64,000 bases of DNA from Basidiobolus meristosporus CBS 931.73. Its lineage: Eukaryota; Fungi; Basidiobolomycota. Both the position numbers and the translations under genes were made by a program. This document shows positions 52,316-64,000 of this stretch, piece after piece. Under the pieces are notes generated by a model that ran no database searches, was not told where the DNA came from, and worked only from the letters and a program-made list of their open reading frames with translations. Positions within the stretch are counted from its first letter, which is position 1; each line of letters starts with the position of its first letter. The stretch is from positions 1-64,000 of the forward strand of contig MCFE01000025.1 of NCBI GenBank assembly GCA_002104905.1, written 5' to 3'.

Positions 52316-52804
52316 TTGTTATTGTATTAAACCATCTAGCCTACTTCCGGCTAGAGATCACAACAACAAATATACCTTTCAACTATACATCTTGTTATTC
52401 TTGGCATCAGTGCTGTGAGCGCGGGTGAAGGCTGATAACTTGGCACAGCGGATATTTCCTGTCTCATAGAATAGCGGGGTGGTTGGGAGGTGCACTTGGC
52501 GTGGTGTGGTCATGTTGGGTTGGGACACATGCAAGCAAGCAGTCTCATCTGCTTAGCGGGGAGAAACCAATTCTCACCATCGCTACCCAACTGGACCGTT
52601 AACTTCTTGCCGAAATCACTGACTAACGAACACTTGTGACGTCAAACTTGTGGCAATAGTGGATAGGATAGAATGAATTGATCACATAAACACAATTGGG
52701 ATATGTATATTTTATTCTTCCGAACGCTGGGTGATGGCGCAGCAGCGGAAGAGGCTCTCTAAACAAACATGACGAAGTAACGTCTGAGTACATGCTGGAT
52801 TAAG

Positions 52805-52830
52805 TGTGCGTGTGTGTGTGTGTATGCATG
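52805..52830. repeat. Short (TG)n microsatellite
   Basis: gtgtgcgtgtgtgtgtgtgtatgcatgta in the intergenic region between RPL31 and the RanBPM-like gene. Confidence 0.7.
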
Positions 52831-53116
52831 TATAACTCATTATTCTCATGACTAGCTTTTGGGCTCAAGTGATGACTGATCACCAAATGATATCGCGAAC
52901 TCTGTTTGTAATATTTGAATATTTCAGTTACTAGTAAAATAGATTATTGGGATCAGCATTGTCAAACCTAGGGCCAATTTGGGGATGCATCAAGGCTTGA
53001 TCGTCCTCTTCCGTAAGCGGTCTCAATCACATCCCAACTGCCACTGACTTCCCGCCAATTATCCCCTTATCCTTTCAGAAGCAATAGATTTCGCTTGAAA
53101 ATATCTTTCTAAATAC

Positions 53117-55224
53117 ATGACAAACTCAACGGGAACATCTTCAAGAAGAGCAACCTCCCAATCCTTGGGGTTTAGTTTTGGCTCCTCTCGTTCAGCTTCC
53201 TCAATTTCTGCTCCGATTCGTCCCAGCATTTCCGGCTCTCCTGCTGTGACTTCCACTAAAAACCCGGCTGTCCGCCCAAAGATTCCAAAGTATTTAGAGG
53301 ATACCGCATACGCTGAAGTATTAGATGCTGCTTATTGCGATCCATCAGTGGATCCTAATCAGGTGGACCTTCCTAATCTCCCTACGAGCTGGAACGGTAA
53401 AGACAAATGCTCCCTTTTGGAGCTATCCGCTGACGGCCTCAGAGTAAACTACATAGGTATGGCAAGAGTAAGTAATCTACAAGCTTGTATTTCACTGTAG
53501 TAATCTGTATATCTGTCCCTGCAGGTACTGGTAAATCCGATAATGACGCAGCAGCAGTAAGATCAAACCATGCTATGCCACCTCAATGTGGAATATTCTA
53601 TTTTGAAGTAGAAATCATAAGTAAAGGAAGAGATGGGTACGGATGGTGCTATTTGTCTCTACATTCCATAAGTAGTCCCTGACAAACGTTGTGTAGATAT
53701 ATAGGAATTGGGTTTTCCACCCACGGAGTGTCCCTCAGTCGCCTTCCTGGCTGGGACCCTAACTCCTGGGGATACCACGGTGATGACGGGCATTCTTTCT
53801 GCTGCTCTGGCACTGGTAAGCCCTACGGGCCTACCTATACCACTGGTGATATAATCGGTTGTTGTGTCAATTTCCGTGATGGCTCCGCGTTCTATACCAA
53901 GAACGGCGTGTTCTTAGGTGCGTACGGGTATTTCGTATAACCAACTAGGATATTTTTCTTACCCCACAACCGTACTCGTTAGGTATTGCATTCCGTGACC
54001 TCAAAGGAACACTTTACCCCTCTGTTGGCTTTAGAACCCCCGGAGAACAAGTTGAAGTGAACTTTGGCCAGAGACGGTTCAAGTTCGACATCGAGCATTA
54101 TATGAAGGTGAGCATTCGTTGAAAATTTCAACATGAGAGACGGACCTAATGCTCTCACCGTTGCAGGAGGAAAAAACCAAATTGTGGGATATGATCAACG
54201 CGACACCAACCCCGCCCATCTCCCAATCGGCACAAATGATCTCCCAACATAATATTTCCTCGGAAAATAACCTTCCAAGCATACTTAACGAGCTCATCCT
54301 TTCTTACATGGTACACCACGGATATAGCGAAACGGCAAAAACCTTTGCAAAGGACATCATGGGAAGCCAGGATAACTACGACTCCGTTATGGGTAATAGT
54401 CTGAGCAACAGCGAGACCGATGTTCGAAACAGACAGAGTAAGTGTATTCAGATAAGGCATCAAGGAAGTGCAGGGAACTCAACCTACACCTTTTAGAAAT
54501 TCGTGGCTATATTTTGGATGGAGATATTGACTCTGCAATTAAGTTATGTGACGAGTGCTATCCTGATGTTCTCAAGAACAACGAGCCTATCCTATTTCGA
54601 CTTCGCTGTCGTAAATTCATCGAAATGATGCGCAAGACAGTGGTGAATTCTAACGGTAACCATGGTGAAGAGGAGGATGAAGATACAATGGATGTTGATG
54701 ATGCCAAAAGTGAAGTTAGAGGCCGGAAAAGAAGACTGAACCCAGAAACCGACCTGAACGCTTTACTTGAAGCAATGAAATATGGCCAACAATTACAAGC
54801 CGATTACAAGGACGATGAGCGTGAGGATGTCAAAAAGACCCTAGTGGTAAATTATTTTTTTCTAGTCTTCAGACGAATCCATCATACTGATGTGGGCATC
54901 TCGTTAGGAAACATTCTCTTTATTGGCATATCCAAATCCCGAGGATAGTGTTGTGGCTCATCTACTTGATTCTGCTTGCCGAGAGCCGGTTGCCAATACT
55001 CTTAACAGCGCTATACTGGGTGAGTTCGAATTCAACCTATATTTCTCCAAAACCATCACATCGTCGTACTCACATTCGCGCATTCACAAGTATCTCAAAA
55101 TCGCCCGCCTATTCCCCCACTTGAGCAAACCTTCCGTCAAACCTGTGTTGTTGTCAAGGACCTCGTCAAGCAAGGAGTGGGCAACAGCGCCTTTGTCAAC
55201 GTGCACAAAGACTGTTTGTTATAA
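53117..55224 (+). CDS. RanBPM/RanBP9-like (Gid1) CTLH-complex subunit: SPRY-LisH-CTLH-CRA, multi-exon
   Basis: [47 protein letters not shown], Lis[47 protein letters not shown]...[13 protein letters not shown]. Confidence 0.92.
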
Positions 55225-55818
55225 TTATTCATGGAAACCTCTGGATTCATCCGAGGGGAGGGGTGCCAACCAGGGGGTCTAGAAGAATGCCAAATTTGAA
55301 GTCATTGTTTATGATGGGGACGTGTCGTTTTTAGTAGACAACATCTACGAAGCTTCAATCCTGATACAGCTCGATTCTCACTTGACATCATCGTTTTCGC
55401 ATTCTCTGTATACATACACACCGATCTTAATTCGTCAATTCCTTTAGCAAGGGCCGTGGCCTCTAAAGTATGTTTACTTGTTCTCTGATCTCGGGTATTT
55501 TTCCATTTCCTTTTTCTGTTCGTCTCTTTAATCCTATCCCAAAGAGTCTTAACCTGATTGTGATGTCACTGATATTTCGAAATGCTTTACTTAATAAAAT
55601 CCAATGGAAAATGTGGCCAGGTCCGTTGGTTTGTTGGCACCGACCGGTGGTGCTTTGGTGGGGGCATTACCGGAACCAACATCGTCACGTGGTGTTGGCG
55701 GCAGGTATGAATTGTCAAAAATATCGTACAACTAAAAGGATAAGATACAGTGAGGATTATAGGGTGGGAATAGGCTCTGGGACGTAACGGCATGGGATCC
55801 GTTCACGAATGCGAACCC

Positions 55819-57369
55819 TCAAGTTCGTAGACTGATGAATGCGATGAAGGCTACCAGGAGCGCACTGAGCACGGTCGGGGGAATGTGTAAGTGGGCTCCT
55901 TGGGATGTTGTGAGGGTAGTGAAGCTATTGCAGTTAGGTGCGGTTCCATAGTCTAGGCTTGATGGATCCGGGCTGGGGCAGCTGAATTGGAAAAATGCTG
56001 GGCAGCTTCGAACCACCTCCAAACAAACGTCCAGACATGGTAGGTACTGCATGAAGGCGTTGGTCTGATTCAGAAAGAATGGTCCGACGGCATACGCGTT
56101 ATCGTTGCGGTATTGCAGCCCGGGGGCTTCACCGCCTGGAGGCTTCCCGCCAGCACACCTAGGGATGGTGATGGCACACACCCAGGTGCGATACGCATCT
56201 AGGCAATGTGTGCAGTTTCGCAGTGGGGAGTATACAGTGCTACAATCAAATCGTCCCAGGGCTTTCTCGAATTCCAAATACCTCGCGTGAGCATAATCGT
56301 CATACATCTTCGCTAAAGTCGCTTGGTTGGTGCCGTTGCTTAGACTAGGTACGGCATAATTGACCTTGGTGCAGAAATTGGCGGGCTGGATTACTACACA
56401 GTTACTTTCTATACATCGAGTCAGACCTGGGTTCTACCGAGATACGATGCTTACTAGAACACTTACCTGTTTGAGCAGTACCAAAAGATACCCCTCTCGT
56501 TACTCGCCTATACCGAGTGGGCCCGGTAGATTCCTCAACATGGTAGATTCGATAACTTGTGTTGACGTTGAGATCATCGACATGAAAGCGAACTGATTCT
56601 TGGGCCAAATCTCTTTTCACGTGGAACGACTTTAAGGATTTTTTGGATAGCATACAGAGCGGCATCCAAGGGAGATCCTCTTGTTCCTGAAGGACGTATG
56701 CTTTGAAAACATTGGGTCTCTTTGTATGTTGGGGCATGGAAAAAGCCGCGGTGTTGTGATCGGCATCATGAAAGGTGATTGAAAGTCCACTTTCGTTCTC
56801 CATGAAACCTGTCAAATTTTGGAATGCTCGTTAGCTACATCCCTATTTTTGAGCGGAAGAAATTGGTTGGGAATACCAGTGGTGGAAATGCTGAGCTCGT
56901 ATTGCCAGTGATTCTCTTTAGGGTTGGTTTCTGCGAGATGAGGGGCATGTACTCCGACATACAAGCTTTTGGTGGGAGAGATGTTTTCTACTACCAGGCG
57001 TATATACTCAAGGCCCACATCTTGCTTAATCTTCAAGCTAGAGTTGTCACTAAGCTTTCCATCGGGGCCAGAGGTGGGATGGCTTTGTGAGAGGGATATT
57101 TCCAGTGGTTTCAACTGGCTTGCGTGCTCTGGTAACGAGCAAATAGACAGGCTAATGTATAGATTATATGTTTTGGGTGCTGAGATAGCGTCAAGAATAG
57201 GGTTGGAAGCATCCAAAGCATCATAATAGTAATGTGAGGTTTCTCCGCTGTGAATGTCCCCACTTGCAATAGTATTCTTGACTAGGGGAATAGTGATGGG
57301 GGAAGATAGGACCAATACTTTGAGGGAGACAAGTGTCAAGAATGCACCATACATCATCCAGCCTCTCAT
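55819..57369 (-). CDS. MID1: Mid1-like regulatory subunit of the Cch1 calcium channel (NALF-type Cys-rich domain), multi-exon
   Basis: Signal peptide; Cys-rich C-terminal domain FDC...YSPLRNCTHCLDAYRTWVCAITIPRC...YLPCLDVCLEVVRSCPAFFQFSCP. Confidence 0.88.
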
Positions 57370-57987
57370 TCTCTACTTTCTGGTTAAAGCTAGGTGTGTG
57401 TCGCCCTCAGATGCAGTAATCAATATATCATGAAAAATTGCCACTTGAGCCCCCTTCCAATGTAGGAAATATCAGTAATTAAGTTTGGAACCGCTGAAAA
57501 TAAACATCAGTCAAATTGGATATGGCAAAGCAGTCTAACCTCCAACATATTCATTAATCATCATCCAACAACTGCCATCCGTCATTGCGCCGAGACAGGA
57601 ATACCTGATCGTGTCACCATTTAGTGGAAGATTCCATCCAGTTCGGATGGATTTAGCCATGAAATGGACACTCGGATTACGTGAGGAAAGATGATCAACG
57701 ACTAAACTTGTCCATAACATAAGAATGATTCCATTTCATCCAATCGTTATGCAACATCTGGCTATATCATTATAAGGGAAAATAGGCGGATATTTGCATG
57801 CTCAGGATTAGTCCCGATTCCCTTTAAAACTCAGTCTGTCTTTATCAATAACTTATCCACACTCATTAACGAGGTAAACACCCAACCAAGCCTCCTAATT
57901 CCTACCCCCTACCCCGCCTCCAGCCTTCATATCCTTGAGCTTTTGTTGAAACTTTTTGGAATACAATAGAGTCCGCTCTTCTTCGAG

Positions 57988-59306
57988 ATGAGTTCCTCGG
58001 GTTGCGAAATTAAAATCTACGTCAGATCACCCAACAGCACAATCCCCAAAGATTATCACATCACCACCACCCCTGGTGCTAAGGTTGTTTCCGTCAAGCA
58101 GAAGATTCACGACACTTTGGAGTCACATCCAGCCGTTGAAGACCAGCGGCTGATTTTCCAGGGAAAAATTTTGGTCAACGAGGATTTGATTAAGGATGTA
58201 TTTAAGAAGGTATTTCGAAAGCTGGGGTTCGGTCTATTTGGTACGTCTAGTGACCTGTTTGTATAGGTTGATCCCTCTGTCCCTCAAATATTTCACTTGG
58301 TGGTGAAATCTGGTCTCAACTCCGAACCTCAACCACAAGCCGCCCCCTACTCTGGTCAGTCTTCCAGCAGTCGCGAAAGCAACTCCACCAACCCTTTTCT
58401 CCGCTACCGCTTCCAGTCACAATTCGATGAATCGTTCGAAAACTCCTTCTATCAAGCCCCGCCCGCCAACAGCAGTCCTACTTACAGCCCCTTGCCTCAA
58501 AATCCCGCCATTCCCCCTCATATGATCACACCCATGGGACTACCGTTCCAGTATCAATATGTTTTGATCAAGTAAGTATTGTCGTATGCTACTTCGGTTG
58601 CGTAGTACTAAGAGAACTTTAGCGGCCTGCCCTACCTAATGCAAGTGCCGAATCACCCTGCCTCGAACGCTGCAAATCCGATGAATTATGGTACTGGTAT
58701 TGTCAATCCTCTGGAGGCTGCCGAGCCTCTTATGGCACAGGCCCCGCCTAATCCGATCCCTGCCGAGATCAATGGTGCACAACGTAATCGGCAAGTAGCC
58801 CATTCGATATGGTTGGTCTTTAGGTTGGTGTTCTTCGCGTACCTATTCGGCCAAGGTGCTAGCTTTGAAAGAATGATCCTCATCTCGTTGGTTTGCATGG
58901 TGGTCTATTTGTAAGCATCTCTAGTTGGTTGCATGCTCACCCAGGTAAAGAGTACTAACCAGGAGCAATCGATAGATATCAAACGGGTAGACTTCGCGTA
59001 GTCCGTGTTCAAATCAACCAGTTAAACCCCAGAAACCCTCACGACCTCTTTCCTCCAAACCATCCGAACCTTGCACAGCCACCGCAGCAAAACCCAACCC
59101 AACAGCCACCGCAACCACAGCCCCAGCCTCAGCCCCAACCCCAGCAAGAAGCCCCGGCCCCACAGCAGGAGGCTCCACAGCCGGAACTACCACATGACTC
59201 CTTGGGGGTCCTGAAGGTTGCGGTCATGACGTTCTTCCGATCCATCATTCCAAGCGACCAAATACGGGACATTCCACCGGAGGATATCCAAAACGAGATG
59301 TTCTGA
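57988..59306 (+). CDS. Herp/HERPUD-like membrane protein with N-terminal ubiquitin-like domain, 4 exons
   Basis: UBL fold (IYVRSP...VKQKI...HPAVEDQRLIFQGKIL...|IFHLVV), Pro-rich linker, TM hairpin IWLVFRLVFFAYLF...VYL|YQTGRL, tail TFFRSIIP. Confidence 0.75.
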
Positions 59307-59567
59307 TCCCCCGCCCATGCAGACCCTCATCAGCGAAGGGAACTTTCTGATCACACTCGCGTTCAAAGACGTGCTGGTACCCGTTGGAAGTGAACCTTGA
59401 CCGAATGTTTATTTACGCCTTAGATTTGCCAATGGTCAGATGCCCTAAGTAGTGGTTTATTTTAATAAATCAACAAAACGGATCATGTCTATGATGTATT
59501 TGACAGGTGGATTAAGCAATATACACGTTTGCAAGGATTGTATTAAAATGCGAAGTTGGAGGGATGC

Positions 59568-62500
59568 CTAGATGGTCAGCAACGAGGTTCGATGGTTGGT
59601 CTGTGTCATTTGTGGCTGCGAGGAGGTTGTATCCTCTGATTCGGAGATGGAGGGTGGATTAAGATGAGGATAAGCGATGCTTTCCTCCTGGATGATATGG
59701 ACATCCTTTGGCCAGAACGTACGGATGATGTAGTCTATCACAAAATCGGGTAGAAGTGCCAGTACGCTTCCCAAGAGGACAGCCAGATAGTAATCGGGCA
59801 TCCTATGCATGGCCACAAAGACCCCTTTATCCAGAAAGCCGATGAACTCTCCGATGTAGAAGAAGAGAATGTACACGATCAGGCTTAGGAGTAGAGTCAC
59901 GTACGTTGGCCAAACCCAGTAGCGGACCATCAAGAAAAACTTCACGTACACCACAATCAGAATCATGGTATCTGCCAAGAAGGCTTGCATTCGGAGGTCC
60001 ATCGTCTGGCCATCCCCGTAGAAGCTTCCGTACTGCTGGATGAACGAGATGATGATGTACACTGCAGCAGAGTGCCACAGCGAAGAAAAGCCCCAGTAAA
60101 ACCACAGCTTGGTGTTCCAGTAAATCCCGCCCTTGACCTCCTTGTAGAGACGCGGATACTGGGCAATCTTATCCTCAGCGACGTCCTTGTCAAAGATGCC
60201 CGCGGCGATTGGCGGGATGCACGTGAAGATGACATTCCACAGAGTCAAGAAGACGTCTATATAGATGGATTGACCGGACCAGGCGCTTTGAATACCAAAC
60301 CAGTATTGAACGGTGATAAGGGCGATGCTCTTGTAGAAAGAATAGTAGATCATCTCGGCGATCCTCAGATGCGAGAATCGTCCATGGACAGATAGCAGTC
60401 TTCCCAGTGACTTGAACTCATTGAAAGAGTAGTCACTGGCGCGAACCGCCTGCGCCCCCTCCATTCCTTTGATCCCTATTCCTACGTGGGCCTCTTGGAT
60501 CATGCTCACGTCATTGGCGCCATCACCAATGGCCAGGGTGACTTTCTGGAGTCGTTTCTTCACCATTCTTACCACCAGCGACTTTTGCAACGGGGTGACT
60601 CTGCAGCAGATTACCGAATGGCATTTCTCGGCAATCTTCAGGAACTTGTCGATCAGCGCATCTTGGCCAAGGACGTAGACCAAGGCCTCACCGTTGACCA
60701 CAAGCGCGTTGACTCCTATCTCCTGGTTTTCGAGGAAGTTCTCGATCTTCGCCATCTTCTTCTCGCAGTCGACCTCGGAACGGCCATTCAAAATCATCAC
60801 CTCCATGTCCGCCGAGAGCAGTCTGGACGACTTCCCGATTTTGATGGCGGTCTCCTGCTTGTCTCCGGTCAACAGCCATATCTTGATATCGCACTTTAAC
60901 AGATACTCTATGGTCTCGGGCACCTTATCCTGGAGTTTGTCCTCGATAGCAGTGCATCCTAGCAACAGCAGGTCTCTTTCGACCATATCGCAAGCTTGAG
61001 CAAGCTTCTTGGGCCGATCCGAAAGGGCCCGCTCTGCATACTCGTATTCGGTTTTGAAGGTCTCGTACTCCTCTCTTGTAAGCTTTCTCCAAGCGACCAT
61101 CAAAGTACGAAGACCGCTGTCGGAGAAATGATCCAAGACAGAGGTGGCCTCATCCACGGACTGGCCCTCTTGGAGTCTGCTAAGAATGATATTGTCAGCT
61201 CCCTTGCAGTACAACTCTATTCCGTCCTCAGTCTCCACGATGACCGACATACGCTTTCTGTCCGAGTTGAACTCCAGCACATTTAAAATCGGGAAATGCA
61301 TCTCCCTTCCAAGATATGAGATAGACATGCTGTCTTTGCTTCTCGACAACAGCTCGATCTTGTTTTCCTTCAGCGCAGAAACAATGGCTATTTCGTCAGG
61401 GGATGGGGACTCATAGCTCACCTCCCCTGTTTTCTCGTCATCCACCGTCATGACCTCGTGGCACAGGACTAGTGCGCGACAGTACGTGTGGGTCAAGTCC
61501 TGAGTGGACCGTGACGAGCTCTCCAGGCTGGACATGCGCTTCAACAGCGAGCCGGGATTCTTGAGCTCGCTGATCAGCCTCTTCCCAATACACCAATGTG
61601 ACAGCTTCATTATGTTCTGTGTGAGCGTCCCGGTCTTATCCGAAAAGATGTATTCCACCACGCCAAGATCCTCATTCAGGTTGGAGCTCTGCGGTTTCAT
61701 ACGATCCCCATTGGGCGCCCTCATCTGATCATCCCAGTTCATAAATATGATCTGTACCACTCGGACAATCTCCACAGTGACAAAAACAGAAATGGGGATC
61801 ACATATGTATAGATTACAAAGAACGTCATGAAATCCGCCACTACGCTCTATTGGGTGGGTGAGTTGGGATTAGTGAGGGGACTTCCATACCGAGGCGAAA
61901 TGGGATCTACCTTTGCCTTGGTTGACTTCTCGTAGGGGGTCACTAGATACCATGCGTTCGGGAAAGAGTAGTTCTCTTGTGCGCTCTGGGAAGATTCGTA
62001 AGCATGGGTGCACCATGGAGGCAATCTGTGTTCTTACCGAAGGTATGTATTCGAAGCAGATGCTGGATATCAACAAAAACAAATTGAACACAAAGATCCC
62101 CAGCAACATCCGGTTTAATTTCCTCTCCATGGTGGAGAATTTCAACTTGGAGTTCTTGAGATTCCTAAAGTGGAAGTGCGGTTAGTCGTGCCCTCCGCCT
62201 ACGAGACGCATCAGGTCCTACCGGAATATCTTGGTGTCTGAACCGACGTAGACTGCGACACCGTAGACGTATTCGGTATTCTTCAGTATGGTACCACGCA
62301 GCAGCATGTTGTCCAATACAAGTGGCTCCACGCTGTCTTCACTCTGGTCATGAAGAATGGCTCGTCCGTCGAACGACGTCAACCTCTCGTTGGGTTCTTC
62401 GCATTGAACACGCCCATGGATCCGGGCGATTTTCTATTTCCGAGAAACATTTAGATGCGGTCGAGTTGCCAAGGTGGCGATAACAAGCTTACTTCTGGAG

Positions 62501-63427
62501 TATCTGATTCATGTGTGAACGGCACTGCTAATTTGCGCTTGAGGTTGGTTTCCCCATCCAGCTCCACAGTCTCGACAAAGCAGGTGTCGTCCTCGGTGCT
62601 GGTGCTCAGGATCATCAAATCGGCTGGGATCTTCTCGTTTTTGAAAATCTTCAGCTGGAATTTTCGATTCGATTCAACAACGATTTCACTACACATCACC
62701 CGAAATGCACACTCACCACATCCCCTGGTACGATGTTTTTACAGACGACGTCTTCCAGACTCTGGTTGCTTGCTTTCTTGTAGATCTGGTTGTTGGCTTG
62801 CTTGTCCTGCTTGTACCGTTTCTGGAATCGATGCAAAGTCAGTTAGTTGGCCCGGTCGCAAAAGGCAGCCGCTGTCCGCTACGTACAAAATCCTCGAGTG
62901 CGTCTTTCAGGGCGGTGACAGTGAGTACAAACAGTAAGGGTAGAATCTGGGTGATCGGCTCCAGGGATGGCTCTATGGCAACAAATATGGTCCCAAGCAG
63001 GAAATAGAGATTATAAAAGCGTCGGAACTAGGTTTGAGTGGAGCAATAGGGAAGTAGTTAGCAACATTTGGGCCCCGTGGGGTCGAGTAGGTGGTCGGTA
63101 TGGGGTGACACTTACTTGATAGAACAAGTTCTTCGGTAGAAACGTCAGTATGGTATATTTTGTTGTTCTGATGTAGTTCGTGGTGTAGTGGTATTTCTCT
63201 CTTAGGTCGACCTCGGGCTCGTTGAATACGACCTCGTAGCGAACTTCGTTGGTGTCTCGTCTTACGAGCTGCGGTGCAGCCACCACACTACTACTACTGT
63301 TGTTGAAATGCTGGGTGCGGAAGGTGGGTTGGGAGGCGGGGGGAATCCGATCCACCCCGCTTGTGGAGGAAATTTGTGTCGAGGCCAAAGAAGACGTATC
63401 GTCTTCCCTATGTTGTGGGGCCAGCAT
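59568..63427 (-). CDS. P4-ATPase phospholipid flippase (Drs2/Dnf family), multi-exon
   Basis: NYIRTTKYTILTFLPKNL, LDGETNLK, YVIPISVFVTVE, phosphorylation motif DKTGTLT, LEFNSDRKRMS, WLLTGDKQETA, AIGDGANDVSMIQ. Confidence 0.96.
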
Positions 63428-64000
63428 ACGATGTGTGAAGTCAAGGGTTTCAAGGCGAAGAAGTGGTGGACCAGATTAATAGGGATTTAAGTTCGGACCG
63501 AAATGGAAGATTGGAAGGAATTATGTTACAGCGATAACCAGAAAATTTAAAATAGCATCGAAAATAGGTTGATCGATTTTAGCTCTTTATATTGACATTT
63601 ATATACTGTTCCCGATTTCCCGTTCCTTTTGGAGATCCGTCATACGATATAGGTATAAATTAAATAACAAGTGCGAAAATATCGTTTGATCAAGGGCGCT
63701 GAATGCCTGCGAAGAGATTGACTATTCGTTCTGTAGAGCAGAGTGGGCTCGGTCATGTCGCTTAGCTGACTTGAATACACTCGTAGGTGCTAGGGAAAGT
63801 CCGATGTTTTCCCGAAGAACCATTTGGCCTGTTATTGTCGGAAATATCACACCGGCCATGGTTAATTTGTACCATCTCCGCAGGATCATCGCCCCGACAT
63901 TCCGATGTTTAAGGCGATGATGATTATTGCGATGATTTTCGCATGGCTATGCAGATTGGACGGGGTATTGCCGAGAGCGGTGATGTAAATATAAGACCTG

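Noticed and set aside
62740-62825. Apparent frameshift in the P4-ATPase actuator exon
   Set aside because: Re-reading gives a continuous frame KRYKQDKQANNQIYKKASNQSLEDVVCKNIVPGDV between canonical splice sites.
63885-64000. Hairpin (ATCATCGCC...GGCGATGAT) and TGATGA followed by ...CCTG at the window edge, as a possible C/D snoRNA
   Set aside because: Box D is cut off, rRNA complementarity is only about 8 nt, and the sequence could equally be an exon of the next gene.

Overview
Gene-dense, intron-rich eukaryotic DNA with short GT-AG introns and CTAAC-type branch sites. Gene content (DASH subunit Duo1, Mid1, VTC complex, Aim19, kinesin-7, CHASE histidine kinases) points to an early-diverging fungus; a Basidiobolus-like zoopagomycete is my inference, not a database result. 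About 23 protein-coding genes can be supported: Mvp1/SNX8 (5'-truncated), two tandem CHASE-PAS-HisKA-receiver sensors, C2H2 zinc-finger protein, EAF, alpha-arrestin, Pcl cyclin, Med16, CENP-E-like kinesin-7, Prp40, Duo1, Sil1, AGPAT acyltransferase, RanGAP, AAAP transporter, phospholipase D, Aim19, a Vtc1-like protein head-to-head with Vtc4, eL31, RanBPM/Gid1, Mid1, a Herp-like UBL protein and a P4-ATPase. The most unusual locus is the receptor pair at 2.8-9.8 kb. The two genes have strongly diverged CHASE sensor halves but share a ~1.8 kb, ~99% identical, GC-richer signalling cassette with sharp borders. That cassette keeps the phospho-His, the H+4 phosphatase residue and the receiver Asp, but has lost the ATP-binding N and G1 boxes. 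The second copy carries two frameshifts. No rRNA, tRNA, CRISPR array or intact transposon was recognised. Exon boundaries and counts were read by eye.
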